Assembly: GCA_965208575.1 (NCBI GenBank) | Contig: CBDBOV010000005.1 | Span: forward strand, 480,001-544,000 | Reading direction: 5' to 3' | Length of the DNA: 64,000 nt | From: Spirochaetia bacterium | Lineage (GTDB): Bacteria; Spirochaetota; Spirochaetia; SZUA-6; Bin103 | Shown: positions 38,617-48,850 of the stretch, one piece after another | How positions within the stretch are numbered: the stretch's first letter is position 1 | Layout of the letters: each line of letters starts with the position of its first letter | Position numbers and translations under genes: made by a program | The notes under the pieces: generated by a model | Database searches by the model: none | Told to the model about the DNA's origin: nothing | The model's input: the letters and a program-made list of their open reading frames with translations, nothing else

Positions 38617-39563
38617 TGAGTGACCGCGTGGGCATCCCGGAGAGTCACGGGCCGGCGAATGTAATTAAGAGGCTTTGGAAGGAGAAGCCACTTGGTATTT
38701 TCTCCGGCGTTATCGTCCTGCTATTGATTCTTATAGCTATCTTTGCCGATTTCGTGGCTCCTTTTCCATATGATGAGGTATTCATCTTAGACAGGCTGCA
38801 GGGCTCTTCAGCCAGGTATCCGTTGGGTACCGACCAGTTGGGACGAGATCTATTTAGCCGGCTTGTCTACGGGGGGCGTATTTCGTTGTTCGTCGGCCTG
38901 TCGGCGACCGCTATCAATGTGGTAGTTGCTGTCCTGATAGGCGGCATTTCAGGATTCCTTGGCGGTAAGTTGGACCTGGCTGTGCAGAGGGTTGTCGACG
39001 CCTGGATGGCGTTCCCGGGACTGCTCCTATTGTTAACCATAATGTCTCTGGTGGGGCGAGGTCTGCCTCAAATCATCGTGGTCTTGGGGATATCAGGCGG
39101 CGTCGGCAGCTCGAGAGTCATCAGAGGGGCAGTCATCGGCATCAAGGAAAACGACTATTTGCGCGCGGCAATGGCAACTGGCAGCTCAAAGATGAGGTCG
39201 CTTATCCGGCATGTCCTGCCTAATATCATGCCGGTCGTGATCATCATATTCAGCATCAACATCGGGGGTGTGATTATCACCGAGGCATCCTTGAGCTTCC
39301 TGGGATTCGGTCTGCCACTCTCGGTTCCCAGCTGGGGCGGGATGCTCAGCCGGGAGGGACGGAAGTTCATGGAGATGGCGCCACGGCTGGCTTTCTGGCC
39401 GGGGCTGTGCCTGACTGCTGTCGTCTACTGTTTGAACATGTTCGGCGACACGGTGCGGGACCTGCTCGACCCGAGGCTGCGCGGTGGTGGGGGTCGTCTG
39501 GATGCGCAAGGTTCAGTCAAGAAAGCCACGAAGAAACTAGCGGCCAGGGCCAATAATCAATAA
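38616..39563 (+). CDS. ABC permease (DppC-like)
   Basis: LGTDQLGRD, HVLPN, SWGGML. Confidence 0.92.
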   Translation: MSDRVGIPESHGPANVIKRLWKEKPLGIFSGVIVLLLILIAIFADFVAPFPYDEVFILDRLQGSSARYPLGTDQLGRDLFSRLVYGGRISLFVGLSATAINVVVAVLIGGISGFLGGKLDLAVQRVVDAWMAFPGLLLLLTIMSLVGRGLPQIIVVLGISGGVGSSRVIRGAVIGIKENDYLRAAMATGSSKMRSLIRHVLPNIMPVVIIIFSINIGGVIITEASLSFLGFGLPLSVPSWGGMLSREGRKFMEMAPRLAFWPGLCLTAVVYCLNMFGDTVRDLLDPRLRGGGGRLDAQGSVKKATKKLAARANNQ

Positions 39564-39849
39564 CCATGTCCATGAAATTGATGCGGGGACTGTCGGGCTT
39601 ACCGTTGAGAATAGAGGCTGGGGTGATCACCGGGCTTGGCGCCGAACAGGAACGAGAAGCGCGCAACGAACCTCCGAACGATAGCTGCGGTGCTGACTTC
39701 CGTAGCCGACGTTCTGCTCCATGCATTTGGCAGGTCGCCGGATGCTCCGATCCACGTCGCCTGGTGGAGTCAGGATCCTCGGGTGTTTGATGATCGCCGG
39801 CCATACCAGATCCGGCTGAACGCTCGGGACACCTACTGGTTTCAGTACG

Positions 39850-40098
39850 TCGGTCTGCCTCGCGAGATTCCGGAGTGGGGCGGTATGCTCAGCCGAGAAG
39901 GACGCATATACATGGAGGTGGCGCCGTGGCTGGCGCTGTGGCCCGGGCTGTGCCTGACCGTCGTCGTCTACTGCCTCAACATGTTCGGTGACGCGGTGAG
40001 GGACCTTCTCGACCCGAGGTTGAAGGGCGGCGTCGGCCGTCTGGGTGCCCATGGCGCGAAGTCTGCTCGGAAAGCCAGGAAGAAGCTGGCGGCTCGGA
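39850..40098 (+). pseudogene. Permease C 3' fragment
   Basis: GLPREIPEWGGMLSREGR...DPRLKGG, joined to an unrelated fragment upstream. Confidence 0.8.
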
Positions 40099-41130
40099 CT
40101 ACCGCGTCAACAGGCGGTGTTGCGCGGCGTAGCGCATCACCGCGCCCACGTCGAGCGTCCGGAACGCATTCGGGAGCAGGGTGAGTTCCGCCCGGTCGCC
40201 GGGCCGGAGGTACAGTTCGCGCTCGCCATCCAGGGAAATCATGCCCCGCTCGTGGTGCAGTGCCATCGTCTCGTCCGCGGCCAGAGTCTCATGGCGCCGC
40301 ACGCCGATCGGTGCGATCAGACCGGGCGCAATCGGCGCCCGCATCACGGTGGCGGCCTCGCCGGGGGGCTGCAGTTCGACGCGCAGACCGTGCGGTTCGC
40401 GCCGCCCCACCGGCCGCAGCAGCCCGGCCACCGCGGACAGGCCGATCGCCTCCGGATCGGCGAACGTCACGAAGATCTCGCGCAGGGTCTCGCTGCGCCA
40501 CAGGGCGCGGGCGCCCACGTAGGGTTCGGTGGTCACCGACACGTCCACAAGGGCCACGTCCGACCGCCGGCCCCCCTGAGCGTCGCTGATCGTGACCCGC
40601 AGCATCTTGTTCGGCTGCAGCGCCGTTGCCGCAGGAACGCGTCCGGTCACGGCCAGCCCCACCGCCAGGCCGGTAATGGTGGGCTCGCGGTGTTCCGGGA
40701 ACGCGTTGTTGGTACCGGTCGAGATGCCGGCGATGAACGCCGCGCCGCAGCAGCCCGCCACCGCCCGGTGGGTGCCGTCGCCGCCGAGCACGACGATCGC
40801 CTGCACGCCGGCCGCGGCCATCGCCCGGGTAGCGGCGTGGGTGTCTGCCACCGTGCCGGTGACCGGGGTAGCGGTGAAGTGCAGGGCCGGCAGGCCGGTG
40901 CGCCCCAGGTTGCGTTCGCGCCTCAGGCTGCGCGTGAGGTTCCTGCCGATGCCGCCTTTCTCGGGCATCATCAGCACCCGCGGCACGCCGCAGGCGCCGA
41001 GCGCGGCCAGCACCCGCAGTACCGTGTTGGCGCGGTCCGCGATCGGCATGCCGGTGGCGTTGGCGACCACCCGCCGAATATCGGTCGCCGCCGCCGGATT
41101 GGCGATCACCCCGACCGGGGCAGCGGTCAT
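40099..41130 (-). CDS. acoX: AcoX (ATP-NAD kinase-like acetoin catabolism protein)
   Basis: GVIANPAAATDIRRVVANA, LGGDGT, STGTNNAFPEHREPTITG. Confidence 0.82.
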   Translation of the reverse strand: MTAAPVGVIANPAAATDIRRVVANATGMPIADRANTVLRVLAALGACGVPRVLMMPEKGGIGRNLTRSLRRERNLGRTGLPALHFTATPVTGTVADTHAATRAMAAAGVQAIVVLGGDGTHRAVAGCCGAAFIAGISTGTNNAFPEHREPTITGLAVGLAVTGRVPAATALQPNKMLRVTISDAQGGRRSDVALVDVSVTTEPYVGARALWRSETLREIFVTFADPEAIGLSAVAGLLRPVGRREPHGLRVELQPPGEAATVMRAPIAPGLIAPIGVRRHETLAADETMALHHERGMISLDGERELYLRPGDRAELTLLPNAFRTLDVGAVMRYAAQHRLLTR

Positions 41131-41134
41131 GGCG

Positions 41135-42046
41135 CTACTCCGCTCCCAGTGCCGCCAAGCTGGCCGGCAGGTCGAGGGTGTCGAGGTTGCGGCCCACGAA
41201 GGTGATGCGCGCGTCGGTGACCGGCTCCGGCCACTCCTCGATCTCCACTCCCGCCAGCGTCAGTTGCACCAGCTTCGCGCCGGCGTCGGTGTGTACCAGG
41301 CCCTTGGCCCGCTCCACCGCGCCGGACAGCCCGTGCAGAAGCTGCCGCAACGCCGCCGCCGGCACGGGGCGGTGGAGTTCGACGGTCAGGCTGCCGAACT
41401 CGTGGTAGTGGCCGGTGCGGTGGCCGCTGCCGGCGAAGTAGACCGGGCGCTCGTCGTACACCACCGCCGGGTCGACGGCGCAGCGCTCGGCGGCGAGCAG
41501 CAGCGCACCCGGCGGGCAGGTGGCCAGCAGGCGGCGGCGCACCGCCTCCTGCGTGGCGGCGCCGGCCAGGTCGGTCTTGTTCAGGATCACGGTGTTGGCC
41601 TGCTCCACCTGGCGCGGCAAGGCCAGCAGGTGGTCGGCGTAGCGCAGGTAGGTGCTGGCGTCCACCACGCAGGCCACGTTGCCCAGCCGGATGCGGTCGG
41701 CGAGGGAGGGGGCCGCGAACAGGGCCGGAAACGCCGCCGGTTCGGCCAGGCCGGTGGTCTCCATCAGGATCACGTCCGGCTCCTCATCGTCGAGCAGCGC
41801 GGCCAGCGCCTCCTGCATCGGCGCGCTCAGCGTGCAGCACACGCACCCCGACGCCAGCTCGGCCACCGCGTAACTGCCGCGGTCCACCAGCGTCCCGTCC
41901 ACCGGCACCGCGCCGAAGTCGTTTACCACCACCGCGGGCCGCGTATCCGCCGGCAACGCCGCCAGCAGCCGGTTCAGCAGCGTCGTCTTGCCCGACCCCA
42001 GGAACCCCGACAACACGTGCACGGGCACGCTGCCCAACGCCTGCAT
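41135..42046 (-). CDS. COG0523/CobW-family G3E GTPase (metallochaperone-like)
   Basis: SGFLGSGKTT, ELASGCVCC, ETTG, LNKTD, RAKG. Confidence 0.88.
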   Translation of the reverse strand: MQALGSVPVHVLSGFLGSGKTTLLNRLLAALPADTRPAVVVNDFGAVPVDGTLVDRGSYAVAELASGCVCCTLSAPMQEALAALLDDEEPDVILMETTGLAEPAAFPALFAAPSLADRIRLGNVACVVDASTYLRYADHLLALPRQVEQANTVILNKTDLAGAATQEAVRRRLLATCPPGALLLAAERCAVDPAVVYDERPVYFAGSGHRTGHYHEFGSLTVELHRPVPAAALRQLLHGLSGAVERAKGLVHTDAGAKLVQLTLAGVEIEEWPEPVTDARITFVGRNLDTLDLPASLAALGAE

Positions 42047-42051
42047 ATTCG

Positions 42052-42453
42052 CTACGGCGGGCACACGGTCGGAATGACGCCGCGCTTGTTGCGTCGATAC
42101 ACCCCGAAGTCAGTGCGGTCGACGGTGATTACCGAGTAGCGTGGGAACAGTTCGCTCATGCGGATCAGGCAAAGGTCGGCAAGATCGGGCGACCGATCTT
42201 CATACTTCGACGCCAATTCGGCAAGGCGATCCAGGTGGCTCGCCGCGTTGAACGCCAGCCGAATGAACCCGTCGTCGATCATCGCCAGCACGACCGAAAC
42301 GCTCGCAAGGTGGTACGCTGCCTCGGCCAGGACCGCCTCGCAGGTGAGGCATGGCGGGGAGACGCGCTGCGCCACACTGACGGCCCACTCGTGATGGACA
42401 TCGCGGGCATTGGCGAATGCTACCAGGAAGCCCGTGTCGGCCAGACCCATCAC
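42052..42453 (-). CDS. PIN-domain toxin
   Basis: ADTGFLVA, TCEAVLAE, DLADLCL, TVDRTDF. Confidence 0.85.
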   Translation of the reverse strand: MMGLADTGFLVAFANARDVHHEWAVSVAQRVSPPCLTCEAVLAEAAYHLASVSVVLAMIDDGFIRLAFNAASHLDRLAELASKYEDRSPDLADLCLIRMSELFPRYSVITVDRTDFGVYRRNKRGVIPTVCPP

Positions 42454-42665
42454 GAGGACGAGAAACCCTTCCGGGTCGAAAGATCCGGAGCCAGTCGAAC
42501 CGACCCCGCGAGACGCAGGTAGTGCCGACTCTGCAAGTCCTCACGCCGCGCCTTCTCCAGTTGCTCGCGGATCAGGCGCCCTTGCGAAACGCCCATCGCC
42601 TTGGCAGTCGTCTCCACCCACGCTGCGAGATCCTCTTGCAAACGTATCGTTAACGTGTGACTCAT
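42450..42665 (-). CDS. CopG/RHH antitoxin
   Basis: MSHTLTIRLQEDL...GVSQGRLIREQL; overlaps the PIN start. Confidence 0.8.
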   Translation of the reverse strand: MSHTLTIRLQEDLAAWVETTAKAMGVSQGRLIREQLEKARREDLQSRHYLRLAGSVRLAPDLSTRKGFSSS

Positions 42666-42773
42666 ACGGCACATAGTTAACACATCCCGGCGGTCCGTCA
42701 AGCTGCCCCTCGCGTCGTCACCGGCTTGCACGGGCAGTCTGTTTTCGGTACCATTTTCGTACTGGAGGCGAGC

Positions 42774-43043
42774 GTGGACCTGGAGACATCCATTCGGCCA
42801 ATTTCGCAGGTAAAGAGCCAGGCGGCGGAGATGCTCCGGCATGTCAACGAGACACGGGACCCGATCATCATCACCCAACGCGGTGAGGCCAAGGGGGTGC
42901 TCGTCGATCCGCGCAGTTACCAGGAGATGGTGGACTCGCTCGGCATCCTGAAGCTGATCTCGCAGAGCGAGCGGTCGATCGAACTCGGCGAGGTGACGCC
43001 GCACGAAGAGCTGATGACGGCTCTGCGACGCCGCCTCGATTGA
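42774..43043 (+). CDS. Phd/YefM antitoxin
   Basis: IRPISQVKSQAAEML...PIIITQRGEAKGVLV; GGAGG RBS. Confidence 0.85.
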   Translation: MDLETSIRPISQVKSQAAEMLRHVNETRDPIIITQRGEAKGVLVDPRSYQEMVDSLGILKLISQSERSIELGEVTPHEELMTALRRRLD

Positions 43044-43360
43044 TCCGCATCGTTTGGGCAACTCCCGCGACTCACGACTTGACAGAGGTCGTCGACTACC
43101 TGGCGCGGGACTCCCCGGCCGCCGCCGCCCGATTCCTGGCCCGCGTCGACCAGACCGTGAGCCGGCTGGGATCGCTGCCGCGCCTTGGCCGGGTGGTACC
43201 GGAACTCGAACGGCATCACGTGCTTCGCTATCGTGAGGTCGTGCTCAATCCTTGGCGTGTGATCTATCGCGCCGACCCGGACCGAGTCTACGTGCTCGCG
43301 GTGATCGACGGCAGGCGCAACGTGGAAGACATCCTCCTGCGGCGACTCCTGCGAACGTAA
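43040..43360 (+). CDS. RelE/ParE toxin
   Basis: IVWATPATHDLTEV...GRVVPEL...WRVIY...DGRR. Confidence 0.85.
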   Translation: MIRIVWATPATHDLTEVVDYLARDSPAAAARFLARVDQTVSRLGSLPRLGRVVPELERHHVLRYREVVLNPWRVIYRADPDRVYVLAVIDGRRNVEDILLRRLLRT

Positions 43361-43456
43361 CGGCGCTACCGGTGCGGCGGGGCAGCTCTCTTGTTGTATG
43401 CTGTGGCCGGCGACAGCGGCGCCGCCGTCGCCACGTAACGAGACGAAGGAGACCAC

Positions 43457-44914
43457 ATGGCACGCGCGGACCGCCCCAACATCGTATTCATACTGACCGA
43501 CGACCAGGCCGTCTGGGCCGCCGGCTGCTACGGCAATGCGGAGATCCGGACGCCGAACCTCGACCGTATCGCCGCCACCGGGGTGCGGTTCGAGAACTAC
43601 TTCGTCACCGTCCCGGTCTGCTCCGCCAGCCGGGCCACGCTGTTGACCGGCCGGATCCCCTCCCAGCACGGCGTGCACGACTTCCTCAAGGGTCCGCGCG
43701 CCTTGGGGGCGGATCCGCGCACCTTCCTGACCGACGAGGTCTGTTACACGGACGTGCTCGCCGAGCACGGCTGGAACTGCGCCCTGTCCGGGAAGTGGCA
43801 CCTGGGCTCCAGCTCGCTGCCCCAGCATCGGTTCTCACACTGGTTCGCCCACCCCCGCGGCGCCGGTCACTACAACGACCACGACATGGTCCGCAACGGC
43901 ACGACCGTGGCCACGTCCGGCTACGTGACCAACGTCATTACCGACGATGCGCTGGCCTACATCAATGCGCACGCCGCCGACGCGGACCCGTTCTACCTGA
44001 GCGTGCACTACACCGCCCCGCACGCCCCCTGGACCGGCCATCCTCAGGACATCGTCGACTCCTACGACGATTGCGCCTTCGCATCGTGCCCCCAGGAGGA
44101 GCTCCATCCGTGGGCGAAAGTGCCCAAGGGCAGCCCGTTCGCGGCGAGCAGCGGGCTGAGCGACAACATGGGGAACCGGGAATCCCTCAAAGGCTACTTT
44201 GCCGCGGTCACCGCCCTCGACCTGGACGTGGGCAGGATCCTGGACAAGCTCGAGGAGAAGGGGCTGCGGGGCGACACCCTGGTCGTGTTCACCTCCGACA
44301 ACGGCTACTCCTGCGGTCATCACGGCTTCTGGGGCAAGGGCAACGGCACGTTCCCGGTGAACATGTACGAGAACTCGATCAAGGTGCCGTTCCTGGCCAC
44401 GCATCCGGGGGTGATCCCGGAGGGGATCGTGCAGTCGGCCATGGTCAGTGAGCACGATTTCATGCCCACCCTGCTCGACTACGTCGGGCTGCCCCTGCCC
44501 GACACCAATCTCGCCGGGACCTCGTTTCTTGCCGCGCTGCAGGATGAGGAGGCGAGCGGGCGCGAGCAGGTCTGCGTGTACGACGAGTACGGCTCCTGCC
44601 GGATGATCCGGACCGCCGAGTGGAAGTACGTGCACCGCTACTCCGATCATCCCAACGAGCTGTGGGACTTGGTCAACGACCCCGACGAGCGCACCAATCT
44701 GATCGATGATCCGGCCCAGGCGGGTCGTGTTGAGGAGCTGCGAGGCCGGATGGAAGCGTGGTTCGCCCGGTACGTCGAGCCCGACAAGGATGGCCTGGCC
44801 TACAACGTCACCGGTGCCGGGCAGGTCCGCCCGGTCGGCAAGAAGTGGGAGGACGGCACCGACCCGTTCGACCCTGCCGTCACCCAGCCGCCCGTGGGCG
44901 GACGCGACCGCTGA
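43457..44914 (+). CDS. Sulfatase (formylglycine-type)
   Basis: PNIVFILTDDQ, CSASR (CxAxR), GKWHLG, FTSDNG. Confidence 0.9.
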   Translation: MARADRPNIVFILTDDQAVWAAGCYGNAEIRTPNLDRIAATGVRFENYFVTVPVCSASRATLLTGRIPSQHGVHDFLKGPRALGADPRTFLTDEVCYTDVLAEHGWNCALSGKWHLGSSSLPQHRFSHWFAHPRGAGHYNDHDMVRNGTTVATSGYVTNVITDDALAYINAHAADADPFYLSVHYTAPHAPWTGHPQDIVDSYDDCAFASCPQEELHPWAKVPKGSPFAASSGLSDNMGNRESLKGYFAAVTALDLDVGRILDKLEEKGLRGDTLVVFTSDNGYSCGHHGFWGKGNGTFPVNMYENSIKVPFLATHPGVIPEGIVQSAMVSEHDFMPTLLDYVGLPLPDTNLAGTSFLAALQDEEASGREQVCVYDEYGSCRMIRTAEWKYVHRYSDHPNELWDLVNDPDERTNLIDDPAQAGRVEELRGRMEAWFARYVEPDKDGLAYNVTGAGQVRPVGKKWEDGTDPFDPAVTQPPVGGRDR

Positions 44915-45048
44915 GGCTGATCCATCTCAACGCCGCGCGGCTGACCCGTGGGTCTGCCCGGAGGCCCTGGTCTGCGCGTATGGGGTCGCGGTCAGCAGCG
45001 CACGGGCCTCAGCCTGGCGTCGCATCCGTGGCACTCGGCGACGTCACA

Positions 45049-45393
45049 TCACCCCAGGCCCAGCAACAGTCGCAGACCCTCGTCGATCGCCTTCAACTCA
45101 TCGGCGCTGACCCGACCGAAGACCCTCGTAACGCGCCGCTTGTCGACGGCACGGACCTGGTCCACCAATGCGTATGAAGAGGCTCGCAGGCCGCTCCCGC
45201 CCGGCGCCAACGACGGATAGAGGGCGCCCTCACCTCGGGTCATGGTGACCGGAACAACACAGACCATCGGGAAGCGCTGGTCCTCCGTCACCTCTGGATC
45301 GGTTACCACCACGCACGGCCGCACGCCCTGCTGCTCGTGGCCGCGGGTCGGGTCGAGTGTCACCAGAACGATGGTTCCGCGACCGAGTCGCAC
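45049..45393 (-). CDS. mazF: MazF/PemK endoribonuclease toxin
   Basis: LDPTRGHEQQGVRPCVVV, DQVRAVDKRR. Confidence 0.88.
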   Translation of the reverse strand: MRLGRGTIVLVTLDPTRGHEQQGVRPCVVVTDPEVTEDQRFPMVCVVPVTMTRGEGALYPSLAPGGSGLRASSYALVDQVRAVDKRRVTRVFGRVSADELKAIDEGLRLLLGLG

Positions 45394-45443
45394 GACGCGC
45401 TACTCCGAGACCCCGCGCGTGGCGCCATCCGTGGTCGCGCACA

Positions 45444-45737
45444 CTATTGCTCGACCCAGCCCTCTCCAGGGATCCAGCGAACGGCCTGGCCCTTCGCCAG
45501 GTCAACCAGGTCCTCGTCTCCATCAGGTAGACCGGCCAACCACTCGCGCTCGCCGGCTTCGGCGAGCGCCCTGCTCTCCACGTGGGGCTTCCGCAGCGAG
45601 CGGCGAAGCTCGTCCCGCCGGCGCCGGTCCAGCTCCCTTTGGACCGAGCGCAAAACGAACTTGCTCCGATTGCGCTCGCGGCGGTCGATTTCCCGAACCA
45701 GCTCCGCGGGCAGCGTGACGGTGACCCGCTCATTCAT
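45444..45737 (-). CDS. RHH antitoxin
   Basis: ERVTVTLPAELVREID...NRSKFV; upstream of mazF. Confidence 0.78.
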   Translation of the reverse strand: MNERVTVTLPAELVREIDRRERNRSKFVLRSVQRELDRRRRDELRRSLRKPHVESRALAEAGEREWLAGLPDGDEDLVDLAKGQAVRWIPGEGWVEQ

Positions 45738-45818
45738 TGAGTCATATCCTCAGTAAGATCATACTCAGCCCCGACCCTCACGAACAAGGCCGACACACGC
45801 CCCTGCTGCCCATACCGC

Positions 45819-45905
45819 CAACGAGTTGCGCGGGGCATCGCCGATGATGTCCTGCGCAACCTCCACGTGCGCGGCAAGTACCGCGACGTGATCAACGACG
45901 TGATC
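45819..45905 (+). pseudogene. Short remnant of the hsdM 5' end
   Basis: ggggcatcgccgatgatgtcctgcgcaacctccacgtgcgcggcaagtaccgcgacgtgatc closely matches the starts of both hsdM copies. Confidence 0.8.
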
Positions 45906-46161
45906 TTGGTCGCACGAAGTTGGATGCCCAGGTGCCCTTCGGTCAGGAACTTGCGCGCGCCGGGGTAGCCGGCGGCTCCCACAGCACGTCGAGCGCCGCC
46001 GTCAGATCGAGCGACTCGCCGAACCACTCCGGCGTGGCCGTGTGCGGGCCGATGCTGACACCGGCTGCCGCCAGCTGCGTCAAGTGCATCGATTGCCTGG
46101 ACTGAGCGGAAACTCATATCTACTGGTCAGAAATGTGATATTTATAGTGTCCAAATCAGTC

Positions 46162-47100
46162 ATGCACACTGAGCGTATCCCCAACCGAGTCGGATGCGGA
46201 CACCCCAGAGAACGCTTGGCCTCGTCCGGTGTCTATCGGGAACTCGGCGTGGGCGAATCGACGGTTTGCACGACACCCCGGAATGGGCCATGCACCGTCG
46301 AATTGCAGCATGTTGATGAAAGATCCGTTAGCGTGCGGGTCAACGGCGCGGTGATCCCGATCTCGCTGGGACACTTTGCCAGCAGATCGCAGGGCAATCC
46401 GGCAGACGACGTGGTCAGCATGGTCAACCGGGAGGGGCTTCGCATCGGCGCCGACATCACCCGTAACTATATGAGTGGGACCAAGTACTCGCTCAGCATG
46501 GTGAACCTCGCGGAGGATGCCCTCATCTACGTGGGACCTGCCGATGAGCCGCTCTCTGGTCCCGGCAGTTGTCGTTTTCCGGTGCCCGATTACGAATGGA
46601 ACTTCGGCGAGAACTGGCTCAATCCGGTACCCTATGGCTGGCATCTGGGGGTTGATCTGGACGGCGATCAGGGTCACCCGCTGGCAGCCGTAACCGACGG
46701 CACCGTTGTTGCGGTCCGGTACTTCGACGCCGCGCATCAGGAAGAAGACTACTGGGGCAACGGCCTGGCGCTGCTCGGCGATGACCGCCGGATCTATATC
46801 TACATGCACTGGGACAGCTTGGCGGAAGGAGTGTCGAAGGGCAGCCGCGTCAGCGCCGGCGATGAACTGGGCCGGATGGGACGATCCGGGTTTGCGTCGA
46901 AACCGTTTCCCACCCATCTTCATTTCGAAATCCTGATTCTCCGTCACCCGGAGAGGTTCCGCTTTGCGTTTGAGCTCGAGCCTGATGTTCTGCCCACGCC
47001 GAACCGCGTGTTGCCGCCGGAAACAGAGGGATGCGCCGTGAATCCGTACCCGTACCTGGTAGAGTGGTACCTGAGCACAAAGAATAACGGAACATCCTGA
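46162..47100 (+). CDS. M23-family metallopeptidase domain protein
   Basis: HLGVD (HxxxD), YMH, HLHFEI, VNPYPYL. Start codon uncertain. Confidence 0.75.
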   Translation: MHTERIPNRVGCGHPRERLASSGVYRELGVGESTVCTTPRNGPCTVELQHVDERSVSVRVNGAVIPISLGHFASRSQGNPADDVVSMVNREGLRIGADITRNYMSGTKYSLSMVNLAEDALIYVGPADEPLSGPGSCRFPVPDYEWNFGENWLNPVPYGWHLGVDLDGDQGHPLAAVTDGTVVAVRYFDAAHQEEDYWGNGLALLGDDRRIYIYMHWDSLAEGVSKGSRVSAGDELGRMGRSGFASKPFPTHLHFEILILRHPERFRFAFELEPDVLPTPNRVLPPETEGCAVNPYPYLVEWYLSTKNNGTS

Positions 47101-47189
47101 ATCTGTTCGCTTTCCCAATGGTCGATGGCGCCCGGATGAACAATCGGACCATGCGTTAGGATGTCTGGCGGGACGATGGAAGCGATCGT

Positions 47190-48164
47190 TGGGGCGAGGC
47201 TCTCAAGACCTATCGCCCGTTTCTCCCGTACAACGAATTGGGCTCGATCCCCGACCGGCGACCGGCCGACCTGTACGACACGATGTCGGCGGCGTTGGGG
47301 CTCGACGCCCTCGTTGACGCCCGCCGCCGGTTGCGCGAGCGGAGAAGCGAGCGCGATAAACAGGTTCGCACCGCCGAATCCGGACGGCGCGAGTGGTATC
47401 GAAACGTAGAAGCGCTCGACGATGAACGGGCGCGGACCTGCGCGCAGGCGATCGGCACGCCGAAGGTCGGTTCGTGGGATCTCGATGCCGTGGAGCTGGT
47501 TCTGGAAGGCGCAATCGAACCGGAAGGCGAGGGTGAGATCGCCCTGTTGCGCGGACTCGCGGCCCTTTCCGTGCCGAGCGTCGAACAAGTACAGGCTGTG
47601 GCGGCCGGTTTGCGTACTACGGCGGAAGCGGCACGCGCTGCCGAGCAGACCGATGCCGGCCGCGCTCGGCAGATCGCGGATCTGCTTCAGGGCTCTCTTG
47701 CGCTGCACGCGGCGCATGGCGATCGTCCGTGCCCGGTATGTGGCTCCGGTGAGCTGACTCTCGCATGGCGGTCGCGGACGGAAGCCGAAGTGCGGCGCCT
47801 GCGTGCCGAGGCGGAAGCCGCGCATCGCGCCGGGCAGGCACTTGCCGACGCGCGGCGCGATGCGCAGACCCTGTTGTCCGCACCGCCGAACACGTTGCGC
47901 CAGGCAACGCCACCCGGGGTCGACGTGCACGCACTGCTGAACGCCGCACGCACCCTGATGGCGAAACTGGCGCTCGCCCTGTTCGATGATGCCGGACGCA
48001 CCGGCGAGGTACTGGGCAGAATCAACCGCTCCGACCATGGCTGGGCCGACACCGTCAGGTGGGCGAACAGTGGAGCGCACGGGGCCGCCGACGCGGCCGG
48101 GGACCTGCCGCGGATGGTCCGCGCGACCGAACGCCTGTCGCGCTGGCTCAGCAAGCGGCCATAG
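47190..48164 (+). pseudogene. Remnant of an SbcC/Rad50-like coiled-coil ATPase
   Basis: YRPFLPYNELG, coiled coils and a CPVCG zinc-hook motif; both Walker motifs are absent. Confidence 0.55.
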
Positions 48165-48169
48165 CCGCC

Positions 48170-48565
48170 ATGACGCCGGTGGAGGTCCTCGCAGCGGCGG
48201 ATGCGCTGGCCGGACCTGGCCGGAGCACCCGCGTCGACGGCTGGCCGCGGGTGGTTGCGGTGCTCGCTCGACATGCGATCGAGGAAGCGCTGCGCCAATA
48301 CTGGGCCCTGCGTGAGCCGGGCATGGAACACTGCACGTGGCACGCGCAACTGCTGTGCCTCACCGCCTACCTGAGCAACCGCGACCTCGCGCGTGAAACC
48401 GCCGCCGCGTGGTCCAATCTGAGCCGCGCCTGCCACCACCACCCCTACGACCTTGCCCCGACCGCCACCGAGTTGCGCGGCCTCCTGGACGTCGCCCACC
48501 GGTTCGCCGCCGAAGTCGCCCGCCAAGCCGCCTCCCGCCGATCCACGACGTCGTGGACCGAATAA
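48170..48565 (+). CDS. Hypothetical helical protein, possibly HEPN-like
   Basis: LARHAIEEAL...LSRACHHHPY; directly follows the ATPase remnant. Confidence 0.55.
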   Translation: MTPVEVLAAADALAGPGRSTRVDGWPRVVAVLARHAIEEALRQYWALREPGMEHCTWHAQLLCLTAYLSNRDLARETAAAWSNLSRACHHHPYDLAPTATELRGLLDVAHRFAAEVARQAASRRSTTSWTE

Positions 48566-48850
48566 AGGAGGAGCGCGACATAAGACGCAGCTACCGCAAC
48601 ACGATCCCAGTGCGGCCACCGCCAAGCCGACGCGGTCGCCCGACGTCCCGTCCCGTGGTGCCTGAGCAGGGCTATGCGCCAACCCAAAGCCGGTTGCCAC
48701 TGACGCCGTCGTTGGTATTCTATCAGGGAGCGGAGCGGTGCCGCATGGAAGGACGGCAGAGCTTGCCAGTCCTTCGACGATGGGTTTACGTGCGGCTGAC
48801 GCACACGCACGCTCCGCTTACTACGGGAATCGTAGAGGTAGAGTATCAGA

